From Azolla caroliniana (taxonomy: Eukaryota > Plantae > Polypodiophyta): a stretch of 64,000 nucleotides of DNA. Position numbers and translations under genes: made by a program. The stretch covers positions 73,366-137,365 of the forward strand of contig JBHGNT010000066.1 of NCBI GenBank assembly GCA_043228905.1, written 5' to 3'. Below, piece after piece: positions 1 through 14,100 of this stretch (within the stretch, counting starts at the first letter, position 1; each line of letters starts with the position of its first letter). The notes under the pieces are model-generated. The model saw only the letters and a program-made list of their open reading frames with translations, did not search any database and had not been told where the DNA came from.

Positions 1-3000
1 CGAGAGACATGACGAAATTAGCAAACATGAGGAGTGAGTTGGAAGAGCTAGTAGGTAAATTAAAATGTTCATACCTGGCGAGTGTGATATCGGATTTTTG
101 TGTTCAAACATGCGAATCGAAGCTAACAACGCTAGCTATGATATGGAATTAAAAAATCAAGATTTTGAAACTCAGGTCGAGAGACATGACGGAATTAGCA
201 AACATGAGGAGTGAGTTGAGAGGAGCCCTTGAGTAAATTAAAATGTTCATACCTAGCGAGTGTGATATCGGATTTTTGTGTACAAATATGCGAATCGAAG
301 CTAACAACGCTAGCTATGATATGGAATTAACAAATCAAGATTTTGAAACTCAGGTCGAGAGAGATGATGAAATTAGCAAACTTGAGGAGTGAGTTGAGAG
401 GAGCCCTTCAGTAAATTAAAATGTTCATACATGGCTCGTGTGATATCGGATTTTTGTGTACAAACATGCGAATCGAAGCTAACAACGCTAGCTATGATAT
501 GGAATTAAAAAATCAAGATTTTGAAACTCAGGACGAGAGACATGACGAAATTAGCAAACATGAGGAGGGAGTTCAAAGGAAGCATTGAGTAAATTAAAAT
601 GTTCATACCTGGCTCGTGTGATATCGGATTTTTTTGTACAAACATGCGAATCGAAGCTAACAACGCTAGCTATGATATGGAATTAAAAAATCAAGATTTT
701 GAAACTCAGGTCGAGAGACATGACGAAATTAGCAAACATGAGGAGTGAGTTGGAAGAGCTAGTAGGTAAATTAAAATGTTCATACCTGGCGAGTGTGATA
801 TCGGATTTTTGTGTTCAAACATACGAATCGAAGCTAACAACGCTAGCTATGATATGGAATTAAAAAATCAAGATTTTGAAACTCAGGTCGAGAGACATGA
901 CGGAATTAGCAAACACGAGGAGTGAGTTGAGAGGAGCCCTTGAGTAAATTAAAATGTTCATACCTAGCGAGTGTGATATCGGATTTTTGTGTACAAATAT
1001 GCAAATCGAAGCTAACAACGCTAGCTATGATATGGAATTAACAAATCAAGATTTTGAAACTCAGGTCGAGAGAGATGATGAAATTAGCAAACTTGAGGAG
1101 TGAGTTGAGAGGAGCCCTTCAGTAAATTAAAATGTTCATACATGGCTCGTGTGATATCGGATTTTTGTGTACAAACATGCGAATCGAAGCTAACAACGCT
1201 AGCTATGATATGCAATTAAAAAATCAAGATTTTGAAACTCAGGTCGAGAGACATGAAGAAATTAGCAAACTTGAGGAGTGAGTTTAGAGGAGCCCTTGAG
1301 TAAATTAAAATGTTTATACCTGGCGAGTGTTATATCGGATTTTTGTGTTCAAACATGCGAATCGAAGCTAACAACGCTAGCTATGATATGGAATTAAAAA
1401 ATCAAGATTTTGAAACTCAGGTCGAGAGACATGACGAAATTAGCAAACATGAGGAGTGAGTTGGAAGAGCTAGTAGGTAAATTAAAATGTTCATACCTAG
1501 CGAGTGTGATATCGGATTTTTGTGTACAAACATGCGAATCGAAGCTAACAACGCTACCTATGATATAGAATTAAAAAATCAAGATTTTGAAAGTCAGGTC
1601 GAGAGACATGATGAAATTAGCAAACATAAGGAGTGAGTTGGAAGAGCTAGTAGGTAAATTAAAATGTTCATACCTGGCGAGTGTGATATCGGATTTTTGT
1701 GTTCAAACATGCGAATCGAAGCTAACAACGCTAGCTATGATATGGAATTAAAAAATCAAGATTTTGAAACTCAGGTCGAGAGACATGACGAAATTAGCAA
1801 ACATGAGGAGTGAGTTGGAAGAGCTAGTAGGTAAATTACAATGTTTATACCTGGCGAGTGTGATATCGGATTTTTGTGTTCAAACATGTGAATCGAAGCT
1901 AACAACGCTAGCTATGATATGGAATTAAAAAATCAAGATTTTGAAACTCAGGTCGAGAGACATGACGAAATTAGCAAACATGAGGAGTGAGTTGGAAGAG
2001 CTAGTAGGTAAATTAAAATGTTCATACCTGGCGAGTGTGATATCGGATTTTTGTGTTCAAACATGCGAATCGAAGCTAACAACGCTAGCTATGATATGGA
2101 ATTAAAAAATCAAGATTTTGAAACTCAGGTCGAGAGACATGACGGAATTAGCAAACATGAGGAGTGAGTTGAGAGGAGCCCTTGAGTAAATTAAAATGTT
2201 CATACCTAGCGAGTGTGATATCGGATTTTTGTGTACAAATATGCGAATCGAAGCTAACAACGCTAGCTATGATATGGAATTAACAAATCAAGATTTTGAA
2301 ACTCAGGTCGAGAGAGATGATGAAATTAGCAAACTTGAGGAGTGAGTTGAGAGGAGCCCTTCAGTAAATTAAAATGTTCATACATGGCTCGTGTGATATC
2401 GGATTTTTGTGTACAAACATGCGAATCGAAGCTAACAACGCTAGCTATGATATGGAATTAAAAAATCAAGATTTTGAAACTCAGGACGAGAGACATGACG
2501 AAATTAGCAAACATGAGGAGGGAGTTCAGAGGAAGCATTGAGTAAATTAAAATGTTCATACCTGGCTCGTGTGATATCGGATTTTTTTGTACAAACATGC
2601 GAATCGAAGCTAACAACGCTAGCTATGATATGGAATTAAAAAATCAAGATTTTGAAACTCAGGTCGAGAGACATGACGAAATTACAAAATTTGAGGAGTG
2701 AGGTTGGAAGAGCTAGTAGGTAAATTAAAATGTTCATACCTAGCGAGTGTGATATCGGATTTTTGTGTACAAACATGCGAATCGAAGCTAACAACGCTAC
2801 CTATGATATAGAATTAAAAAATCAAGATTTTGAAAGTCAGGTCGAGAGACATGACGAAATTAGCAAACATGAGGAGTGAGTTGGAAGAGCTAGTAGGTAA
2901 ATTAAAATGTTCATACCTGGCGAGTGTGATATCGGATTTTTGTGTTCAAACATGCGAATCGAAGCTAACAACGCTAGCTATGATATGGAATTCAAAAATC

Positions 3001-5450
3001 AAGATTTTGAAACTCAGGTCGAGAGACATGACGAAATTAGCAAACATGAGGAGTGAGTTGGAAGAGCTAGTAGGTAAATTAAAATGTTCATACCTAGCGA
3101 GTGTGATATCGGATTTTTGTGTACAAACATGCGAATCGAAGCTAACAACGCTACCTATGATATAGAATTAAAAAATCAAGATTTTGAAAGTCAGGTCGAG
3201 AGACATGACGAAATTAGCAAACATGAGGAGTGAGTTGGAAGAGCTAGTAGGTAAATTAAAATGTTCATACCTGGCGAGTGTGATATCGGATTTTTGTGTT
3301 CAAACATGCGAATCGAAGCTAACAACGCTAGCTATGATATGGAATTAAAAAATCAAGATTTTGAAACTCAGGTCGAGAGACATGACGAAATTAGCAAACA
3401 TGAGGAGTGAGTTGGAAGAGCTAGTAGGTAAATTAAAATGTTCATACCTGGCGAGTGTGATATCGGATTTTTGTGTTCAAACATGCGAATCGAAGCTAAC
3501 AACGCTAGCTATGATATGGAATTAAAAAATCAAGATTTTGAAACTCAGGTCGAGAGACATGACGGAATTAGCAAACATGAGGAGTGAGTTGAGAGGAGCC
3601 CTTGAGTAAATTAAAATGTTCATACCTAGCGAGTGTGATATCGGCTTTTTGTGTACAAATATGCGAATCGAAGCTAACAACGCTAGCTATGATATGGAAT
3701 TAACAAATCAAGATTTTGAAACTCAGGTCGAGAGAGATGATGAAATTAGCAAACTTCAGGAGTGAGTTGAGAGGAGCGCTTCAGTAAATTTAAATGTTCA
3801 TACATGGCTCGTGTGATATCGGATTTTTGTGTACAAACATGCGAATCGAAGCTAACAACGCTAGCTATGATATGGAATTTTAAAATCAAGATTTTGAAAC
3901 TCAGGACGAGAGACATGGCGAAATTAGCAAACATGAGGAGGGAGTTCAGAGGAAGCATTGAGTAAATTAAAATGTTCATACCTGGCTCGTGTGATATCGG
4001 ATTTTTGTGTTCAAACATGCGAATCGAAGCTAGCAACGCTAGCTATGATATGGAATTAACAAATCAAGATTTTGAAACTCAGGTCGAGAGACATGACGAA
4101 ATTAGCAAACATGAGGAGTGAGTTGAGAGGAGCCCTTGACTAAATTAAAATGTTCATACCTGGTGAGTGTGATATCGGATTTTTGTGTACAAACATGCGA
4201 ATCGAAGCTAACAACGCTAGCTATGATATGGAATTCAAAAATCAAGATTTTGAAACTCAGGTCGAGAGACATGACGGAATTAGCAAACATGAGGAGTGAG
4301 TTGAGAGGAGCCCTTGAGTAAATTAAAATGTTCATACCTAGCGAGTGTGATATCGGATTTTTGTGTACAAATATGCGAATCGAAGCTAACAACGCTAGCT
4401 ATGATATGGAATTAACAAATCAAGATATTGAAACTCAGGTCGAGAGAGATGATGAAATTAGCAAACATGAGGAGGGAGTTTAGAGGAACCATTGAGTGAA
4501 TTAAAATGTTCATACCTTTCTCATGTGATATCGGATTTTTGTGTTCCAACATGCGAATCGAAGCTAACAATGCTAGCTATGATATGGAATTCAAAAATCA
4601 AGATTTTGAAACTCAGGTCGAGAGACATGACGAAATTAGCAAACATGATTAGTGAGTTGAGAGGAGCCCTTGAGTAAATTAAAATGTTCATACCTAGCGA
4701 GTGTGATATCGCATTTCTGTGTTCAAACATGCGATTCGAAGCTAGCAACGCTAGCTATGATATGGAATTAAAAAATCAAGATTTTGAAACTCAGGTCGAG
4801 AGACATGACGAAATTAGCAAACATGAGGAGTGAGTTGGAAGAGCTAGTAGGTAAATTAAAATGTTCATACCTGGCGAGTGTGATATCGGATTTTTGTGTT
4901 CAAACATGCGAATCGAAGCTAACAACGCTAGCTATGATATGGAATTAAAAAATCAAGATTTTGAAACTCAGGTCGAGAGACATGACGAAATTAGCAAACA
5001 TGAGGAGTGAGTTGGAAGAGCTAGTAGGTAAGTTAAAATGTTCATACCTGGCGAGTGTGATATCGGATTTTTGTGTTCAAACATGCGAATCGAAGCTAAC
5101 AACGTTAGCTATGATATGGAATTAAAAAATCAAGATTTTGAAACTCAGGTCGAGAGACATGACGGAATTAGCAAACATGAGGAGTGAGTTGAGAGGAGCC
5201 CTTGAGTAAATTAAAATGTTCATACCTAGCGAGTGTGATATCGGATTTTTGTGTACAAATATGCGAATCGAAGCTAACAACGCTAGCTATGATATGGAAT
5301 TAACAAATTAAGATTTTGAAACTCAGGTCGAGAGAGATGATGAAATTAGCAAACTTGAGGAGTGAGTTGAGAGGAGCCCTTCAGTAAATTAAAATGTTCA
5401 TACATGGCTCGTGTGATATCCGATTTTTGTGTACAAACATGCGAATCGAA
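1..5450 (+). repeat. Domain rich in 177-bp monomers with an irregular 3-4-mer cassette (711-bp unit at the start)
   Basis: The 177-bp variant carries gagttggaagagctagtaggta in place of gagttgagaggagcccttgagta. The marker gacggaatt occurs at 188, 899 (offset 711 = 177+3x178), 2141, 3561, 4273 and 5161, usually followed by aaacttgagg/cttcag/acatggctc monomers. Confidence 0.85.
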
Positions 5451-6335
5451 GCTAACAACGCTAGCTATGATATGGAATTAAAAAATCAAGACTTTGAAAC
5501 TCAGGTCAAGAGACATGACGAAATTAGCAAACATGAGGAGTGAGTTGAGAGGAGCCCTTGAGTAAATTAAAATGTTTATACCTGGCGAATGTTATATCGG
5601 ATTTTTGTGTTCAAACATGCGAATCGAAGCTAACAACGCTAGCTATGATATGGAATTAAAAAATCAAGATTTTGAAACTCAGGTCGAGAGACATGACGAA
5701 ATTAGCAAACATGAGGAGTGAGTTGAGAGGAGCCCTTGAGTAAATTAAAATGTTTATACCTGGCGAATGTTATATCGGATTTTTGTGTAGAAGCATGCGA
5801 GTCGAAGCTAACAACGCTAGCTATGATATGGAATTCAAAAATCAAGATTTTGAAACTCAGGTCGAGAGACATGACGAAATTACCAAATTTGAGGAGTGAG
5901 TTGAGAGGAGCCCTTGAGTAAATTAAAATGTTCATACCTGGCTCGTGTAATATCCGATTTTTGTGTTCAAACATGCGAATTGATGCTAGCAACGCTAGCT
6001 ATGATATGGAATTAATAAATCAAGATTTTTAAACTCAGGTCGAGAGACATGATGAAATTACCAAACATAGGGAGGGAGTTGAGAGGAACCCTTGAGTAAA
6101 TTAAAATGTTCATACCTGGCTCGTGTGATATCGGATTTTTGTGTTCAAACATGCGAATCGAGGCTAACAACGCTAGCTATGATATGGAATTCAAAAATCA
6201 AGATTTTGAAACTCAGGTGGAGAGACATGATGAAATTACCAAACATAGGGAGGGAGTTGAGAGGAACCCTTGAGTAAATTAAAATGTTCATACCTGGCTC
6301 GTGTGATATCGGATTTTTGTGTTCAAACATGCGAA

Positions 6336-9300
6336 TCGAAGCTAACAACGCTAGCTATGATATGGAATTCAAAAATCAAGATTTTGAAACTCAGGTCGAG
6401 AGACATGACGAAATTAGCAAACATGAGGAGTGAGTTGAGAGGAGCCCTTGAGTAAATTAAAATGTTCATACCTGGCTCGTGTGATATCGGATTTTTGTGT
6501 TCAAACATGCGATTCGAAGCTAACAACGCTAGCTATGATATGGAATTAAAAAATCAAGATTTTGAAACTCAGGTCGACAGACACGACGAAATTAGCAAAC
6601 ATGAGGAGTGAGTTGGAAGAGCTAGTAGGTAAATTAAAATGTTCATACCTGGCTCGTGTGATATCGAAGTTTTGTGTTCAAACATGCGAATCGAAGCTAA
6701 CAACGCTAGCTATGATATGGAATTAAAATATAAAGATTTTGAAACTCAGGTCGACAGACATGGCGAAATTAGCAAACATGAGGAGTGAGTTGAGAGGAGC
6801 CCTTGAGTAAATTAAAATGTTCATACCTGGCGAGTGTGATATCGGATTTTTGTGTTCAAACATGAGAATCGAAGCTAACAACGCTAGCTATGATATGGAA
6901 TTAACAAATCATGATTTTGAAACTCAGATCGAGAGACATGACGAAATTACCAAATTTGAGGAGTGAGTTGAGAGGAGCCCTTGAGTAAATTAAAATATTC
7001 ATACCTGGCGAGTGTGATATCGGATTTTTGTGTACAAACATGCGAATCGAAGCTAACAACGCTAGCTATGATATGGAATTTAAAAATCAAGATTTTGAAA
7101 CTCAGGTCAAGAGACATGACGATATTAGCAAACATGAGGATTCAGTTGAGAGGAGCCCTTGACTAAATTAAAATGTTCATACCTAGCGAGTGTGATATCG
7201 GATTTTTGTGTACAAACATGCGAATCGAAGCTAACAACGCTAGCTATGATATAGAATTAAAAAATCAAGATTTTGAAACTCAAGTCGAGAGACATGACGA
7301 AATTACCAAATTTGAGGAGTGAGTTGAGAGGAGCCCTTGAGTAAATTAAAATGTTCATACCTGGGGAGTGTGATATCGGATTTTTGTGTACAAACATTCG
7401 AATCGAAGCTAACAATGCTAGCTATGATATGGAATTAAAAAATCAAGATTTTGAAACTCAGGTCGAGAGACATGACGAAATTACCAAATTTGAGGAGTGA
7501 GGTTGGAAGAGCCAGTAGGTAAATTAAAATGTTCATACCTGGCGAGTGTGATATCGGATTTTTGTGTTCAAACATGCGAATCGAAGCTAACAACGCTAGC
7601 TATGATATGGAATTAAAAAATCAAGATTTTGAAACTCAGGTCGAGAGACATGATGAAATTAGCAAACATGAGGGGTGAGTTGAGAGGAGCCCTTGAGTAA
7701 ATTAAAATGTTCATACCTGGCGAGTGTGATATCGGATTTTTGTGTTCAAACATGCGAATCGAAGCTAACAACGCTAGCTATGATATGGAATTCAAAAATC
7801 AAGATTTTGAAACTCAGGTCGAGAGACATGACGAGAGACATGAGGAATGAGTTGAGAGGAGCCCTTGAGTAAATTCAAATGTTCATACCTGGCGAGTGTA
7901 ATATCGGATTTTTGTGTACAAGCATGCGAGTCGAAGCTAACAACGCTAGCTATGATATGGAATTCAAAAATCAAAATTTTGAAACTCAGGTCGAGAGACA
8001 TGACGAAATTAGCAAACATGAGGAGTGAGTTGAGAGGAGCCCTTGAGTAAATTAAAATGTTCATACCTGGCTCGTGTGATATCGGATTTTTGTGTTCAAA
8101 CATGCGATTCGAAGCTAGCAACGCTAGCTATGATATGGAATTAAAAAATCAAGATTTTGAAACTCAGGTCGAGAGACATGACGAAATTACCAAATTTGAG
8201 GAGTGAGTTGAGAGGAGCCCTTGAGTAAATTAAAATGTTCATACCTGGTGAGTGTGATATCGGATTTTTGTGTACAAACATTCGAATCGAAGCTAACAAT
8301 GCTAGCTATGATATGGAATTAAAAAATCAAGATTTTGAAACTCAGGTCGAGAGACATGACGAAATTACCAAATTTGAGGACTAAGGCTGGAAGAGCCAGG
8401 AGGTAAATTAAAATGTTCATACCTGGCGAGTGTGATATCGGATTTTTGTGTTCAAACATGCGAATCGAAGCTAACAACGCTAGCTATGATATGGAATTAA
8501 AAAATCAAGATTTTGAGACTCAGGTCGAGAGACATGATGAAATTAGCAAACATGAGGGGTGAGTTGAGAGGAGCCCTTGAGTAAATTAAAATGTTCATAC
8601 CTGGCGAGTGTGATATCGGATTTTTGTGTTCAAACATGGGAATCGAAGCTAACAACGCTAGCTATGATATGAAATTCAAAAATCAAGATTTTGAAACTCA
8701 GGTCGAGAGACATGACGAAATTAGCAAACATGAGGAGGGAGTTCAGAGGAACCATTGAGTAAATTAAAATGTTCATACCTGGCTCGTGTGATATCGGATT
8801 TTTGTGTTCAAACATGCGAATCGAAGCTAACAACGCTAGCTATGATATGGAATTAACAAATCAAGATTTTGAAACTCAGGTCGAGAGACATGACGAACTT
8901 AACAAACATGAGGAGTGAGTTGAGAGGAGCCCTTGAGTAAATTAAAATGTTCATACCTAGCGAGTGTGATATCGGATTTTTGTGTTCAAACATGCGAATC
9001 GAAGCTAACAACGCTAGCTATGATATGGAATTCAAAAATCAAGATTTTGAAACTCAGGTCGAGAGACATGACGAAATTAGCAAACATGAGGAGGGAGTTT
9101 AGAGGAACCATTGAGTAAATTAAAATGTTTATACCTGGCTCGTGTGATATCGGATTTTTGTGTTCAAACATGCGATTCGAAGCTAGCAACGCTAGCTATG
9201 ATATGGAATTAAAAAATCAAGATTTTGAAACTCAGGTCGAGAGACATGACGAAATTACCAAATTTGAGGAGTAAGTTGAGAGGAGCCCTTGAGTAAATTA

Positions 9301-11140
9301 AAATGTTCATACCTGGTGAGTGTGATATCGGATTTTTGTGTACAAACATTCGAATCGAAGCTAACAATGCTAGCTATGATATGGAATTAAAAAATCAAGA
9401 TTTTGAAACTCAGGTCGAGAGACATGACGAAATTACCAAATTTGAGGAGTGAGGTTGGAAGAGCCAGTAGGTAAATTAAAATGTTCATACCTGGCGAGTG
9501 TGATATCGGATTTTGGTGTTCTAACATGCGAATCGAAGCTAACAACGCTAGCTATGATATGGAATTAAAAAATCAAGATTTTGAAACTCAGGTCGAGAGA
9601 CATGATGAAATTAGCAAACATGAGGGGTAAGTTGAGAGGAGCCCTTGAGTAAATTAAAATGTTCATACCTGGCGAGTGTGATATCGGATTCTTGTGTTCA
9701 AACATGCGAATCGAAGCTAACAACGCTAGCTATGATATGGAATTCAAAAATCAAGATTTTGAAACTCAGGTCGAGAGACATGACGAAATTAGCAAACATG
9801 AGGAGGGAGTTCAGAGGAACGTTTGAGTAAATTAAAATGTTCATACCTGGCGAGTGTGATATCGGATTTTTGTGTACAAGCATGCGAGTCGAAGCTAACA
9901 ACGCTAGCTATGATATGGAATTCAAAAATCAAGATTTTGAAACTCAGGTCGAGAGACATGACGAAATTACCAAATTTGAGGAGTGAGTTGAGAGGAGCCC
10001 TTGAGTAAATTAAAATGTTCATACCTGGCGAGTGTGATATCTGATTTTTGTGTACAAACACGCGAATCGAAGCTAACAACGCTAGCTATGATATGGAGTT
10101 AACAAATCAAGATTTTGAAACTCAGGTCGAGAGACATGACGAAATTAGCAAACATGAGGATTCAGTTGAGAGGAGCCCTTCACTAAATTAAAATGTTCAT
10201 ACCTAGCGAGTGTGATATCGGATTTTTGTGTACAAACATGCGATTCGAAGCTAGCAACGCTAGCTATGATATGGAATTCAAAAATCAAGATTTTGAAACT
10301 CAGGTCGAGAGACATGACGAAATTACCAAATTTGAGGAGTGAGTTGAGAGGAGCCCTTGACTCAATTAAAATGTTCATACCTGGTGAGTGTGATATCGGA
10401 TTTTTGTGTACAAACATTCGAATCGAAGCTAACAACGCTAGCTATGATATGGAATTAAAAAATCAAGATTTTGAAACTCAGGTCGAGAGACATGACGAAA
10501 TTACCAAATTTGAGGACTAAGGCTGGAAGAGCCAGGAGGTAAATTAAAATGTTCATACCTGGCGAGTGTGATATCGGATTTTTGTGTTCAAACATGCGAA
10601 TCGAAGCTAACAACGCTAGCTATGATATGGAATTAAAAAATCAAGATTTTGAAACTCAGGTCGAGAGACATGATGAAATTAGCAAACATGAGGGGTGAGT
10701 TGAGAGGAGCCCTTGAGTAAATTAAAATGTTCATACCTGGCGAGTGTGATATCGGATTTTTGTGTTCAAACATGCGAATCGAAGCTAACAACGCTAGCTA
10801 TGATATGGAATTCAAAAATCAAGATTTTGAAACTCAGGTCGAGAGAGATGACGAAATTAGCAAACATGAGGAGGGAGTTTAGAGGAACCTTTGAGTAAAT
10901 GAAAATGTTCATACCTGGCTCGTGTGATATCGGATTTTTGTGTTCAAACATGCGAATCGAAGCTAACAACGCTACCTATGATATGGAATTAACAAATCAA
11001 GATTTTGAAACTCAGGTCGAGAGACATGACGAACTTAGCAAACATGAGGAGTGAGTTGAGAGGAGCCCTTGAGTAAATTAAAATGTTCATACCTAGCGAG
11101 TGTGATATCGGATTTCTGTGTTCAAACATGCGAATCGAAG
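6336..11140 (+). repeat. Block A, copy 1 (~27 monomers), duplicated at offset 14,472 bp
   Basis: Shared rare variants (gtcgacagacacg, gatatcgaagttttg, aaatattcatac, 6-bp-short monomer, gattcttgtg) and identical ORF offsets 6981/21453, 7865/22337, 9645/24117, 10713/25185. Confidence 0.93.
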
Positions 11141-14100
11141 GTAACAACGCTAGCTATGATATGGAATTCAAAAATCAAGATTTTCAAACTCAGGTCGAGA
11201 GACATGACGAAATTAGCAAACATGAGTAGTGAGTTGAGAGGAGCCCTTGAGTAAATTAAAATGTTCATACCTGGCTCGTGTGATATCGGATTTTTGTGTT
11301 CAAACATGCGAATCGAAGCTAACAACGCTAGCTATGATATGGAATTCAAAAATCAAGATTTTGAAACTCAGGTCGAGAGACATGACGAAATTACCAAATT
11401 TGAGGAGTGAGTTGAGAGGAGCCCTTGAGTAAATTAAAATGTTCATACCTGGCTCGTGTAATATCCGATTTTTGTGTTCAAACATGCGAATTGATGCTAG
11501 CAACGCTAGCTATGATATGGAATTAATAAATCAAGATTTTTAAACTCAGGTCGAGAGACATGATGAAATTACCAAACATAGGGAGGGAGTTGAGAGGAAC
11601 CCTTGAGTAAATTAAAATGTTCATACCTGGCTCGTGTGATATCGGATTTTTGTGTTCAAACATGCGAATCGAGGCTAACAACGCTAGCTATGATATGGAA
11701 TTCAAAAATCAAGATTTTGAAACTCAGGTGGAGAGACATGATGAAATTACCAAACATAGGGAGGGAGTTGAGAGGAACCCTTGAGTAAATTAAAATGTTC
11801 ATACCTGGCTCGTGTGATATCGGATTTTTGTGTTCAAACATGCGAATCGAAGCTAACAACGCTAGCTATGATATGGAATTCAAAAATCAAGATTTTGAAA
11901 CTCAGGTCGAGAGACATGATGAAATTACCAAATTTGAGGAGTGAGTTGAGAGGAACCCTTGAGTAAATTAAAATGTTCATACCTGGCTCGTGTGATATCG
12001 GATTTTTGTGTTCAAACATGCGAATCGAAGCTAACAACGCTAGCTATGATATGGAATTCAAAAATCAAGATTTTGAAACTCAGGTCGAGAGACATGACGA
12101 AATTACCAAATTTGAGGAGTGAGTTGAGAGGAGCCCTTGAGTAAATTAAAATGTTCATACCTAGCGCGTGTAATATCCGATTTTTGTGTTCAAACATGCG
12201 AATCGAAGCTAACAACGCTAGCTATGATATAGAATTAAAAAATCAAGATTTTGAAACTCAGGTCGAGAGACGTGACCGAATTAGCAAATTTGAGGAGGGA
12301 GTTGAGAGGAGCCCTTGAGTAAATTAAAATGTTCATACCTAGCGCGTGTAATATCCGATTTTTGTGTTCAAACATGCGAATCGAAGCTAACAACGCTAGC
12401 TATGATATGGAATTAATAAATCAAGATTTTGAAACTCAGGTCGAGAGAAATGATGAAATTACCAAATTTGAGGAGTGAGTTGAGAGGAACCCTTGAGTAA
12501 ATTAAAATGTTCATACCTGGCTCGTGTAATATCGGATTTTTGTGTTCAAACATGCGAATCGAAGCTAACAACGCTAGCTATGATATGGAATTAATAAATC
12601 CAGATTTTGAAACTCAGGTCGAGAGACATGATGAAATTACCAAATTTGAGGAGTGAGTTGAGAGGAACCCTTGAGTAAATTAAAATGTTCATACCTGGCT
12701 CGTGTGATATCGGATTTTTGTGTTCAAACATGCGAATCGAAGCTAACAACGCTAGCTATGATATGGAATTAAAAAATCAAGATTTTGAAACTCAGGTCGA
12801 GAGACATGATGAAATTACCAAACATGAGGAGTGAGTTGAGAGGAGCCCTTGAGTAAATTAAAATGTTCATACCTGGCTCGTGTGATATCGGATTTTTGTG
12901 TCCAAACATGCGAATCGAAGCTAACAACGCTAGCTATGATATGGAATTAATAAATCAAGATTTTGAAACTCAGGTCGAGAGAGATGACGAAATTAGCAAA
13001 TTTGAGGAGTGAGTTGAGAGGAACCCTTGAATAAATTAAAATGTTCATACCTAGCGCGTGTAATATCCGATTTTTGTGTTCAAACATGCGAATCGAAGCT
13101 AACAACGCTAGCTATGATATGGAATTAATAAATCCAGATTTTGAAACTCAGGTCGAGAGACATGATGAAATTACCAAATTTGAGGAGTGAGTTGAGAGGA
13201 ACCCTTGAGTAAATTAAAATGTTTATACCTGGCTCGTGTGATATCGGATTTTTGTGTTCAAACATGCGAATCGAAGCTAACAACGCTAGCTATGATATGG
13301 AATTCAAAAATCAAGATTTTGAAACTCAGGTCGAGAGACATGATGAAATTACCAAACATGAGGAGTGAGTTGAGAGGAGCCCTTGAGTAAATTAAAATGT
13401 TCATACCTGGCTCGTGTGATATCGGATTTTTGTGTCCAAACATGCGAATCGAAGCTAACAACGCTAGCTATGATATGGAATTCAAAAATCAAGATTTTGA
13501 AACTCAGGTCGAGAGAGATGACGAAATTAGCAAACATGAGTAGTGAGTTGAGAGGAGCGCTTGAGTAAATTAAAATGTTCATACCTGGCTCATGTGATAT
13601 CGGATTTTTGTGTTCAAACATGCGAATCGAAGCTAACAACGCTAGCTATGATATGAAATTCAAAAATCAAGATTTTGAAACTCAGGTCGAGAGACATGAT
13701 GAAATTACCAAATTTGAGGAGTGAGTTGAGAGGAACCCTTGAGTAAATTAAAATGTTCATACCTGGCTCGTGTGATATCGGATTTTTGTGTATGGAATTA
13801 ATAAATCAAGATTTTGAAACTCAGGTCGAGAGACATGATGAAATTACCAAACATAGGGAGGGAGTTGAGAGGAACCCTTGAGTAAATTAAAATGTTCATA
13901 CCTGGCTCGTGTGATATCGGATTTTTGTGTTCAAACATGCGAATCGAAGGTAACAACGCTAGCTATGATATGGAATTCAAAAATCAAGATTTTCAAACTC
14001 AGGTCGAGAGACATGACGAAATTAGCAAACATGAGTAGTGAGTTGAGAGGAGCCCTTGAGTAAATTAAAATGTTCATACCTGGCTCGTGTGATATCGGAT

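Noticed and set aside
1-178. Origin of the monomer from an ~89-bp dimer
   Set aside because: Only short motifs echo (caaacatg, aattaaaa, tgatat) and at inconsistent spacings; not supportable without a statistical self-alignment.
2830-3165. 111-aa ORF with an internal 59-aa repeat (also 32723-33058)
   Set aside because: Arises only because adjacent 177-bp monomers are divisible by three.
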